Below, piece by piece: positions 1 to 7,875 of a stretch of 32,000 bases of DNA. How positions within the stretch are numbered: position 1 is the stretch's first letter; the number at the start of each line of letters is the position of its first letter. Source of the DNA: Vibrio alginolyticus NBRC 15630 = ATCC 17749 (lineage in GTDB: Bacteria; Pseudomonadota; Gammaproteobacteria; Enterobacterales; Vibrionaceae); assembly GCF_000354175.2 (NCBI RefSeq), contig NC_022349.1, positions 3,300,001 through 3,332,000 of the forward strand, in the 5' to 3' direction. The position numbers were made by a program, and so were the translations under genes. The notes beneath the pieces were generated by a model. The model was not told the origin of the DNA, ran no database searches, and saw only the letters and a program-made list of their open reading frames with translations.

Positions 1-187
1 CCAGTTTACTGAGTGGGCTCATTCTTCTGCGCATCATCGCAGGAATATTTGCAACATTGATTTTGCCATCTTCTGGCCATTTTATCTCTGTTGCCCATTG
101 TTTCCATTCATTGGATTCGGATAAACCGAATGAATTCGCTGTCCACGCATCAATATTGAACGAAATGTTGATCTTCGAGTTTGGCAT
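1..187 (-). CDS. beta-ketoacyl-synthase N-terminal-domain (chain-length-factor-like) protein; 5' part only, gene runs off the left edge
   Basis: Absent from the ORF track because no stop lies in the window. The reverse-strand ATG at 187-185 opens MPNSKINISFNIDAWTANSFGLSESNEWKQWATEIKWPEDGKINVANIPAMMRRRMSPLSKL. From memory, the IPAMxRRRMSxLSK motif about 50 aa in is typical of KS-like chain-length-factor proteins of aryl-polyene-type clusters. Only 62 aa are visible. Confidence 0.55.
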   Translation of the reverse strand, partial: MPNSKINISFNIDAWTANSFGLSESNEWKQWATEIKWPEDGKINVANIPAMMRRRMSPLSKL

Positions 188-263
188 ATTGGGTTAAATT
201 GTTTATTTTACAGCTCGATACAAATTGGGGTTGACCCAAATTCACAATAAAAAGGAAATTATC

Positions 264-662
264 ATGTCGCGTTTTAAGCTGTATGTCTCGTTATTATTAA
301 CTTTGCTTCTTGTTGGTTGTGGACGAGTACAACCTGTAATGAATGTGGAGGATACTCCAGTTGCTTATGATCTTCAAAATAAACAAGTAAAAATGGCCAT
401 AGTGCAATCAGCAACTAACCGAGGCTGGACGATCGAAGAAGTAAGCCCTGGTGTTCTTATTGCAAAAATCCACGTTCGTAAACACTCTGCAGAAGTAAAA
501 ATCCCATACAATAATAAATATTACTCAATTATTTATCTCAACTCAGTAAATCTCAAAGCAAGTGATGGCAAAATCCACCGCAATTACAATCGTTGGGTAA
601 ACAACTTGAATGTTGATATTCAGCGAGCTATTGCATTGTTGGGCAATCAATCTCAACAATAA
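264..662 (+). CDS. small lipoprotein of unknown function (132 aa)
   Basis: The ATG at 264 is preceded by AAGGA with a 7-nt spacer. The N-terminus MSRFKLYVSLLLTLLLVGC is a signal peptide plus lipobox (L-V-G-C, Cys19, Gly at +2). The TTG at 225 used by the ORF track is an unsupported upstream extension. Confidence 0.75.
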   Translation: MSRFKLYVSLLLTLLLVGCGRVQPVMNVEDTPVAYDLQNKQVKMAIVQSATNRGWTIEEVSPGVLIAKIHVRKHSAEVKIPYNNKYYSIIYLNSVNLKASDGKIHRNYNRWVNNLNVDIQRAIALLGNQSQQ

Positions 663-671
663 AACTATTAA

Positions 672-1757
672 TTGCAGTTAGGTTTTTCCGTGTTAAATCA
701 AAATAATGACCCTTTTAATGCTTTTGAAGCGAAGACAGAAGCTCAGAAGTTATCTTTTGCACCAATCGTGTTCCAGACCGCCAAAACGCTTCGAGATTTA
801 GGTATTTTAGCCGTTTTAGACAGCGCTGGCGCTCAAGGCATGAGTGCCACAGATATTGCCGAGAAAACGGGAGTATCAGAATATGGTGTTAAAGTACTGT
901 TGGATATGGCGATTAGTGCGCATATTGTTTTATGGGAACGACCTAACTATTCGCTTGCAAACCTTGGTTTTTACCTTCTTCATGATGGTATGACGAATGC
1001 AAACATGGATTTTACGGCAGATGTTTGTTACGCCGCGATGATGCATTTGACGGAAGCAATTCAAGAAGGTAAACCGTCAGGTTTGAAAGAGTTGGGCAAT
1101 TGGGAGACCATTTATCAAGGTCTATCGACGTTACCAGAACAAGCCAAACAGAGCTGGTTTAAGTTCGATCATTTCTATTCGGATCGCTCGTTCCCACTTC
1201 TGCTTAAAGAAGTATTTGCAAGCAAGCCAAAGCATCTTGTGGATATTGGCGGAAATACGGGAAAATGGGCGATTCAGTGTTGTAAACATGACCCTGACGT
1301 TCAAGTGACGATTGTTGATTTACCACAGCAATTAGAAGTAGCGATGAAGAATGTTTCAGAAAACCAGTTCGTCGAGCGTGTACGTCCATACCCTGCAAAC
1401 ATGCTGGATAAAGCACAAACATTGCCTGGACACGCTGACGTATGGTGGATGAGCCAGTTCTTGGATTGCTTTTCCCCAATTGAGATCCTCAATATCCTTA
1501 AAAAAGTTAAAGCCCAGTTAACGAAGGGAGATACTATTTACGTATTGGAGCTGTTTTGGGATGCTCAAAAATACGCGGGAGCTTCCTATAGCCTTAATGC
1601 CACTTCTCTTTATTTTACCTGTTTAGCTAACGGTAATAGTCGCTTTTATCGCAGTGATGATTTCTTAGAAATTGTCGAAGCGGCAGGTTTATCTGTCGTT
1701 GAAAGAACCGACAATATTGGCCTTGGTCATACCTTATTAAAACTACAAGCAAACTAA
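672..1757 (+). CDS. SAM-dependent methyltransferase, family-2 O-methyltransferase fold (winged-helix dimerisation domain plus Rossmann domain)
   Basis: 361-aa ORF with SAM motif I LVDIGGNTGKWA (DxGGxxG). About 170 aa of N-terminal helical domain precede it, as in plant/Streptomyces-type OMTs. The start is ambiguous between TTG 672 and GTG 690. Confidence 0.8.
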   Translation: MQLGFSVLNQNNDPFNAFEAKTEAQKLSFAPIVFQTAKTLRDLGILAVLDSAGAQGMSATDIAEKTGVSEYGVKVLLDMAISAHIVLWERPNYSLANLGFYLLHDGMTNANMDFTADVCYAAMMHLTEAIQEGKPSGLKELGNWETIYQGLSTLPEQAKQSWFKFDHFYSDRSFPLLLKEVFASKPKHLVDIGGNTGKWAIQCCKHDPDVQVTIVDLPQQLEVAMKNVSENQFVERVRPYPANMLDKAQTLPGHADVWWMSQFLDCFSPIEILNILKKVKAQLTKGDTIYVLELFWDAQKYAGASYSLNATSLYFTCLANGNSRFYRSDDFLEIVEAAGLSVVERTDNIGLGHTLLKLQAN

Positions 1758-1764
1758 ATTCAGA

Positions 1765-3009
1765 ATGAAAACAGAGCTCAAGCAAGTTGTTGTCGTAGGA
1801 GCGGGGCCATCAGGTTCAACCGTTTCTGCGTTATTAAAATCGCGTGGCATAGATGTTGTTGTCTTAGAAAAAGCGACTTTTCCACGCTTTTCCATAGGAG
1901 AAAGCCTGCTCCCTGCATGTATGGAAGTTGTTGAACAAGCAGGAATGACCAATGCAGTAAAGCAGTTTGGCTTCCAGTATAAAGATGGTGCTGCATTTCG
2001 TCGTAATGGCGTATACACCCAGTTCGACTTTACAAACAAATACACGCCAGGACCGGGCACGACGTTTCAGGTTCAACGTGCCAGCTTTGATAAAGTATTG
2101 GCAGATAGCGCTGAAGAGCAAGGCGTAGAGATTCGCTATCAGCATGAACTGCTCAATCTAGTGTTTGAAGGGAAAAAGTCTCGATTAGAAGTGCTCGACT
2201 CAAATAAGAAGGCTTATCAAATCGAAGCAGATTTTGTGTTGGATGCCAGTGGCTTTGGGCGTGTTTTGCCACGCTTGTTGGAGCTAGAAGAACCTTCTTG
2301 TCTTCCGCCTAGAAAAGCGATCTTTACCCATATCGAAGATCATATCTCTCCCCAAGAGCCGGAATACGATCGCAACAAAATTTTAATTTCAGTTCATCCT
2401 GAAAATCACGACGTATGGTACTGGCTAATCCCATTCTCTAATGGTACCTGTTCGTTTGGTGTGGTGGGTGAGCCAGAATTTTTCGAACAATACCCAGAAG
2501 ATAAGATTGCAGCGTTGCAGCAGTTAGCCAATGAAGAGCCGGGTTTGGCTGCTTTATTGCGAAACGCGAATTACCCGAATCCAGCAGGCGAGTTGGGTGG
2601 CTATTCTGCTAACGTCAAACGTTTAGCGACAGAGCACTACGCGTTGCTTGGTAATGCTGGTGAGTTTCTTGATCCTGTATTTTCATCGGGTGTCACTATC
2701 GCCATGAAATCGGCAGAGTTTGCAGCGGACTGCTTGGTTCGTCAGCTGAATGGTGAAAAGGTTGATTGGCAAGAAGAGTACTCGCAACGCTTAATGGTGG
2801 GAGTGAACACATTCCGCACTTATGTGGAAGGCTGGTACAACGGCACGTTGCAAGATGTGATTTTCTATCAAAACCCGAACCCACGTATTAAACAGATGAT
2901 TAGTGCGATTTTGGCTGGATATGCTTGGGATACGAATAATCCTTACGTTAAACAAAGTGAGCAGCGTTTGTCGACGCTTGCAGAACTGGTTCGGGAAGCT
3001 GAACTGTAA
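1765..3009 (+). CDS. flavin-dependent halogenase-like FAD-binding protein
   Basis: Motifs seen: GAGPSG (aa 12-17), FPRFSIGESLLP (aa 39-50), Lys73 in QYKDGAAF, WYWLIP (nt 2416-2433, WxWxIP) and FLDPVFSSG (nt 2665-2691, FxxPxxSxG). The gene starts 7 nt after the methyltransferase stop. Confidence 0.8.
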   Translation: MKTELKQVVVVGAGPSGSTVSALLKSRGIDVVVLEKATFPRFSIGESLLPACMEVVEQAGMTNAVKQFGFQYKDGAAFRRNGVYTQFDFTNKYTPGPGTTFQVQRASFDKVLADSAEEQGVEIRYQHELLNLVFEGKKSRLEVLDSNKKAYQIEADFVLDASGFGRVLPRLLELEEPSCLPPRKAIFTHIEDHISPQEPEYDRNKILISVHPENHDVWYWLIPFSNGTCSFGVVGEPEFFEQYPEDKIAALQQLANEEPGLAALLRNANYPNPAGELGGYSANVKRLATEHYALLGNAGEFLDPVFSSGVTIAMKSAEFAADCLVRQLNGEKVDWQEEYSQRLMVGVNTFRTYVEGWYNGTLQDVIFYQNPNPRIKQMISAILAGYAWDTNNPYVKQSEQRLSTLAELVREAEL

Positions 3010-3045
3010 GAATATACATTCGCTTATCCGAGAATCAGTAAACTT

Positions 3046-3078
3046 AGGTCTTACCAAAAAATTGGTAAGACCTTTTTA
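3046..3078 (+). terminator. rho-independent terminator after the halogenase gene
   Basis: Perfect 10-bp stem AGGTCTTACC/GGTAAGACCT with loop AAAAAATT, followed by T5. Confidence 0.8.
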
Positions 3079-3219
3079 ATGCCTCTTTACTTTTACTTCT
3101 AGCGTGTTGGAGACACATTGACCACTTACATCGGCGTGTATCGAATTTGAGAATTTTTATGGTGACATTGATCACATCCAGGATTCCTGTTGCTGATATT
3201 TATATTAAATTTGTAGGAA

Positions 3220-3960
3220 ATGGATTACATTCTGGGAGTGTTCCCTACATCCGGCTTCGTTGTGAAAACGGTTTATAAGCAACTGTATAAGTTAGTAAAG
3301 TTCCAAAAACTACATCAAAAAAAAGACAAGTTTCTTACCAAATCAATTCGCTTGGTGAGTTCGAGCCATCGACTACGCCAAACGCTTCCTCTACTTTCTA
3401 AAATTGTCGAAGAACATGACGCATCAACGGTCTCTTCGATTGCAGATCCCGAGAACGCGGTCGCGTGGGGAGGTAAAGTTTCTCCAGAGTTCAAATCTAA
3501 AGTCATTCGTATTAGTAAAGAGCTAAAGATCAATCCTAATCATCTTATGGCGTGCATGGCATTTGAAACTGCTGAAACTTTCAGTCCAAGCATCAAAAAT
3601 GGTTCCGGAAGCGGGGCTACAGGGTTAATTCAATTTATGCCCTCTACCGCAGAATCATTAGGAGTGAACACAAAGACTCTTGCGAGAATGAGCGCGCTTG
3701 AACAACTTGACTATGTGAAAGCGTACTATTGGCCCTATCGAAATAAAATTAATAGCTTAGAAGATGCTTACATGGCCATTCTCTACCCTGCTGCGATTGG
3801 TAAACCGCTGTCTTTCGTTTTGTTCAGACAAGGCTCAATAGCCTATCGACAGAATGCAGGTATCGATCGCCACAACACGGGGAAAATCACGCTTAATGAT
3901 GTTTCCTACAAAGTGAGGAAAAAATTAGAAAAAGGTTTGCAGCCCAATTTCATGGGCTAA
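3220..3960 (+). CDS. lysozyme-like / SLT-domain lytic transglycosylase family protein with no signal peptide
   Basis: The C-terminal 150 aa carry MACMAFETAETFSP (catalytic Glu context), GATGLIQFMPSTAESLG and AYMAILYPAAIGKP, a pattern I associate with phage-type and secreted-effector-type transglycosylases. The N-terminal ~90 aa are Lys-rich with no recognisable domain. The ATG at 3220 has AGGA only 1-2 nt upstream, which is poor spacing. Confidence 0.7.
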   Translation: MDYILGVFPTSGFVVKTVYKQLYKLVKFQKLHQKKDKFLTKSIRLVSSSHRLRQTLPLLSKIVEEHDASTVSSIADPENAVAWGGKVSPEFKSKVIRISKELKINPNHLMACMAFETAETFSPSIKNGSGSGATGLIQFMPSTAESLGVNTKTLARMSALEQLDYVKAYYWPYRNKINSLEDAYMAILYPAAIGKPLSFVLFRQGSIAYRQNAGIDRHNTGKITLNDVSYKVRKKLEKGLQPNFMG

Positions 3961-4059
3961 GATTGTGTCATGTTCCTAGTTTTTCGCGCATGAATCCTTC
4001 TGTTACTTCACGGGGATTCTGATACACTACGCGCCCATTTCCTCTGTTGAGACCTTTCT

Positions 4060-5268
4060 ATGCCATTTTCTAAGTTTGGTTTAAGCGCATCGATTGCTGA
4101 TGCAGTAAAAGCGCTAGGTTATGAAAAACCCACTTCTATCCAACAAAAAGCCATTCCAATCGTATTGCGTGGCCGCAATTTAATTGCAGCAGCGCAAACG
4201 GGCACAGGTAAAACGGCCAGTTTTGTTCTGCCAATCTTAGAAAAGCTTAGTCGAGGCGAAACGCAACATAAAAAACGCGCTCGTGCGATTATCCTAACGC
4301 CAACACGCGAACTGGCGCTTCAGGTTCATCAAAGTATTGAAGCTTATGGTAAAAACTTACCATTACGCTCAATGGCGATGTTTGGTGGTGTGGATTATGC
4401 ACCACAAAAACAAGCCTTGATCGAGGGTGTCGATATTGTGGTAAGCACGCCTGGGCGCTTGATTGATCTGTACGGTCAACGCGCGATTCACTTTGATGAA
4501 GTGGAAATGCTAGTGCTTGATGAAGCCGACAAAATGTTGGATATGGGATTCATCGATGCGATCGACAAAATCGTCGACTGTATGCCAGAACATGTGCAAA
4601 GTTTGCTGTTCTCAGCGACGTTATCTAACCCTGTTCGTGACTTGGCGAAAAATGCGATTATTGATCCTGAAGAGATCACGATTGCAAAGCACAGTGCCTC
4701 AAAATCAAATATTAAACAGTGGATCACGACCGTCGATAAAGATATGAAGTCGTCGCTGTTAAGTCACTTGCTTAAAGAAAATGACTGGTCGCAAGTACTG
4801 GTATTTATTGAAACTAAACACGGCGCAGCCAAACTGGTAAGCCAACTTGAGAAACGTGGCATTGTGGCAGAAGCATTCCACAGTGGCCGTAATCAGCGTG
4901 TTCGCCAGGAATTAATAGAAAAGTTTAAAGCGGGTGAAATCCAGTACTTAGTCGCAACCGGCGTTGCTGCGCGCGGTATTGATATTGATAATCTGCCAGT
5001 TGTCATCAACTACGATTTACCTTACCCAGCGGATGAGTATGTACATCGTATTGGTCGTACAGGTCGTGCTGGCGCGAAAGGTGAGGCGATATCACTGGTT
5101 TCAAAAGACGACTTTAAGAACCTCTGCATGATTGAAAGCCGTTTAGGGCACTTGCTAGAGCGAGTGGAAATTGAAGGTTTTGCGCCAAGAAAGCCAGTAC
5201 CAATTTCAATTTTAAATTACGTGCCTAAGAATAAACGTAAACCGCACGATAAGCGCGAATCAAAATAG
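4060..5268 (+). CDS. rhlE: DEAD-box ATP-dependent RNA helicase (RhlE-like)
   Basis: Motifs seen: AQTGTGKT (motif I), PTRELA, DEAD (VLDEADKM), SAT, and HRIGRTGRAG (motif VI). The C-terminal tail is basic. Confidence 0.9.
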   Translation: MPFSKFGLSASIADAVKALGYEKPTSIQQKAIPIVLRGRNLIAAAQTGTGKTASFVLPILEKLSRGETQHKKRARAIILTPTRELALQVHQSIEAYGKNLPLRSMAMFGGVDYAPQKQALIEGVDIVVSTPGRLIDLYGQRAIHFDEVEMLVLDEADKMLDMGFIDAIDKIVDCMPEHVQSLLFSATLSNPVRDLAKNAIIDPEEITIAKHSASKSNIKQWITTVDKDMKSSLLSHLLKENDWSQVLVFIETKHGAAKLVSQLEKRGIVAEAFHSGRNQRVRQELIEKFKAGEIQYLVATGVAARGIDIDNLPVVINYDLPYPADEYVHRIGRTGRAGAKGEAISLVSKDDFKNLCMIESRLGHLLERVEIEGFAPRKPVPISILNYVPKNKRKPHDKRESK

Positions 5269-5287
5269 CCAGTTTATCCCATGATCT

Positions 5288-5320
5288 AAAAGCCGCATTC
5301 TTGCGGCTTTTTGCGTTTTT
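5288..5320 (+). terminator. rho-independent terminator after the helicase gene
   Basis: Stem AAAAGCCGCA/TGCGGCTTTT with loop TTCT, followed by a T-rich tract. Confidence 0.8.
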
Positions 5321-5450
5321 AGGCATCCAATAATGTAGCCATCGCGACGGTTTCTATTCGGTAATGAGGAAAAAAGTTAATCAGTGTCATACGCTTAACA
5401 CGTAAAGTGAATCAAGGTGCGTTAAGCTTTTGTCAATTATCTGTCCGCAG

Positions 5451-5486
5451 GTTTGCACAAGGTAAGGAATGGGCGCAAACTTTTTT
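5451..5486 (+). terminator. terminator-like hairpin plus T6 inside the ktrA leader (candidate attenuator, or the 3' end of a small RNA)
   Basis: GTTTGC(5451-5456)...GCAAAC(5475-5480) is followed directly by TTTTTT (5481-5486), 33 nt before the ktrA ATG. The stem is only 6-7 bp around an approximately 16-18 nt loop. Confidence 0.4.
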
Positions 5487-5518
5487 GCTTGCTAATGAAT
5501 GCATAAGATGGGGCACAA

Positions 5519-6181
5519 ATGAAAACAGGTGATAAGCAATTCGCCGTTATTGGTCTTGGCCGATTTGGTTTGGCAGTGTGTAAAGAGTTACAAGATTCAG
5601 GCGCTCAAGTTTTAGCCGTTGACATCAACGAAGACAGAGTTAAAGAAGCTGCCAGTTTTGTTAGTCAGGCGGTTGTGGCTAACTGTACTCACGAAGAGAC
5701 GGTTGCTGAGCTCAAACTTGATGATTACGACATGGTGATGATTGCCATCGGAGCGGATGTCAATGCCAGTATTCTTGCGACATTGATTGCTAAAGAGGCG
5801 GGAGTAAAGTCAGTATGGGTTAAAGCCAACGACCGCTTCCAAGCTCGTGTTCTGCAAAAAATTGGCGCAGACCACATTATCATGCCTGAGCGTGACATGG
5901 GGATACGTGTCGCGCGTAAAATGCTCGATAAACGGGTTCTTGAGTTCCACCCATTAGGCAGTGGCTTAGCTATGACGGAGTTTGTGATTGGCTCTCGTTG
6001 GATGGGTAAGACACTAAGTGATTTGGCTCTGTGCAAAGTCGATGGCGTGCAAGTGCTAGGGTTTAAACGGGGCCCAGAAATTACCAAGGCACCTGACCTT
6101 AATACCACACTAGAAATTGGTGACCTAATTATTGTGGTCGGCCCTCAAGATGCGCTCGCAAATAAATTAAAATCGCTATGA
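5519..6181 (+). CDS. ktrA: K+ uptake system Ktr, peripheral NAD-binding subunit KtrA (RCK/TrkA-N and TrkA-C domains)
   Basis: 220 aa with a Rossmann motif (VIGLGRFG) and a C-terminal TrkA-C-like region. It overlaps the next gene by ATGA, which suggests translational coupling. Confidence 0.9.
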   Translation: MKTGDKQFAVIGLGRFGLAVCKELQDSGAQVLAVDINEDRVKEAASFVSQAVVANCTHEETVAELKLDDYDMVMIAIGADVNASILATLIAKEAGVKSVWVKANDRFQARVLQKIGADHIIMPERDMGIRVARKMLDKRVLEFHPLGSGLAMTEFVIGSRWMGKTLSDLALCKVDGVQVLGFKRGPEITKAPDLNTTLEIGDLIIVVGPQDALANKLKSL

Positions 6182-7545
6182 CGTATTTTCATCAGAAAGG
6201 TGTTTTTTACGCACCAGATGGTAAACAAGAGAAAGCGAAAGGCAACGAACCGCGAATTATATTGCTCAGTTTTCTCGGTGTTTTACTGCCTTCTGCGGTA
6301 TTGCTAACCTTGCCAGTTTTTTCTGTTACGGGCCTGTCGATAACGGATGCTTTGTTTACTGCAACGTCCGCTATTAGTGTGACAGGGCTTGGTGTTGTCG
6401 ATACTGGGCAACACTTTACGCTTGCGGGTAAAATCTTGCTGATGTTTTTAATGCAAATCGGTGGGTTGGGGCAGATGACTTTGTCGGCGGTCTTACTCTA
6501 TATGTTCGGCGTGCGTTTGAGTTTGCGTCAACAAGCGCTGGCGAAAGAAGCATTAGGGCAAGATCGGCAAGTCAATCTAAACCGACTAGTAAAGCGGATT
6601 GTTGTTTTCGCGCTTGTTGCAGAAACGATCGGGTTTATTTTTCTCTCTATCCGCTGGGTCCCTGAAATGGGCTGGCAGACTGGTATGTTTTACGCCTTGT
6701 TTCATGCAATTTCTGCATTTAACAACGCTGGGTTCGCGCTGTTTTCTGACAGTATGATGAGCTTTGTGAATGATCCGTTGGTTATCTTTACACTGGCGGG
6801 GCTATTCATTTTTGGCGGGCTTGGTTTTACTGTTGTGGGTGACATCTGGCTAAACTGGCGCAAAGGTTTCCACTTTTTGCATCTTCACACCAAAATCATG
6901 CTGATTGCGACACCGATATTGCTCTTAGTCGGAACGATGATGTTTTGGTTACTTGAGCGAAGCAACCCAAACACAATGGCGTCTTTACCTGCAACAGGGC
7001 AATGGTTGGCGGCATTCTTTCAATCTGCGAGTGCTCGAACGGCAGGGTTTAATAGTGTTGACTTGGCGTTGTTTACCCAGCCAGCCTTACTGGTCATGAT
7101 TGTTCTAATGTTAATTGGAGCGGGTTCCACCTCAACGGGGGGCGGTATTAAAGTTTCCACATTTGCTGTTGCGTTTATGGCTACGTGGACCTTTTTACGC
7201 CAAAAGAAACATGTGGTTATGTTTAAGCGAACCATAAATTGGCAAACTGTGACTAAGTCATTGGCAATTATCGTTGTGAGCGGAGCCATCCTGACAAGCG
7301 CAATGTTTTTATTGATGCTTACCGAGAAGGCCAGCTTTGATAAGGTTATGTTTGAAACCATTTCCGCATTTGCCACAGTGGGGCTCACCGCCGGTTTGAC
7401 TGCGGAACTTTCTGAACCTGGTAAATACATTATGATCGTGGTGATGATCATTGGTCGTATTGGGCCGCTCACGCTTGCCTACATGTTGGCACGTCCTGAA
7501 CCTACCTTGGTCAAATACCCAGAAGACGCCGTTCTTACAGGTTAA
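6178..7545 (+). CDS. ktrB: K+ uptake system Ktr, membrane subunit KtrB (TrkH/KtrB family)
   Basis: 455-aa polytopic protein with repeated pore-loop glycine motifs (TATSAISVTGLG, FNNAGFAL, RTAGFNSV, ATVGLTAG) and a GGGIKVSTF segment. Confidence 0.9.
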   Translation: MTYFHQKGVFYAPDGKQEKAKGNEPRIILLSFLGVLLPSAVLLTLPVFSVTGLSITDALFTATSAISVTGLGVVDTGQHFTLAGKILLMFLMQIGGLGQMTLSAVLLYMFGVRLSLRQQALAKEALGQDRQVNLNRLVKRIVVFALVAETIGFIFLSIRWVPEMGWQTGMFYALFHAISAFNNAGFALFSDSMMSFVNDPLVIFTLAGLFIFGGLGFTVVGDIWLNWRKGFHFLHLHTKIMLIATPILLLVGTMMFWLLERSNPNTMASLPATGQWLAAFFQSASARTAGFNSVDLALFTQPALLVMIVLMLIGAGSTSTGGGIKVSTFAVAFMATWTFLRQKKHVVMFKRTINWQTVTKSLAIIVVSGAILTSAMFLLMLTEKASFDKVMFETISAFATVGLTAGLTAELSEPGKYIMIVVMIIGRIGPLTLAYMLARPEPTLVKYPEDAVLTG

Positions 7546-7875
7546 TATAGCGTTAAACAATGGCCGCGCGACCATTACGAGCATTGATTAATAGCAGTGC
7601 TCGTACATTTATAGAATATGTGGAATGTTGCCCAGTTTTACCTACAAATTCGTAGAAGTTCATTTCTTCTTCCTTTCGTTTCGATACTATTCATTCACTC
7701 AATTTATATTCTCAGAAGCTACGCTCATAACAGCGTTTTGGAATCCGACGCTTTTGTAGTGTGACACCAAACTACGTCGTGTTATCTGAGCGAATTGATA
7801 CCAGCCTTCGTCAATAGTCACTCAGTCTTACTCTATGCCCATAGGGTTACTTTGTGCTTGTTGTGCTTGGTATGA

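Noticed and set aside
5321-5518. c-di-AMP (ydaO-type) riboswitch upstream of ktrA
   Set aside because: I looked for the GC-rich pseudo-symmetric ydaO core (ACGGGGA/CCC-type blocks) and could not find it. The leader is AT-rich with two simple hairpins. I kept only the generic attenuator/sRNA hypothesis.
5725-7472. Antisense ORFs of 127 aa (5725-6108) and 150 aa (7020-7472) inside ktrA and ktrB
   Set aside because: Both are shadow frames of strongly supported genes. Neither has an SD or a recognisable domain.
7852-7869. Tandem 9-bp duplication TTGTGCTTG x2 just upstream of the protease start
   Set aside because: There are only two copies of a short unit and no array-like continuation. It is probably an incidental or slippage duplication.
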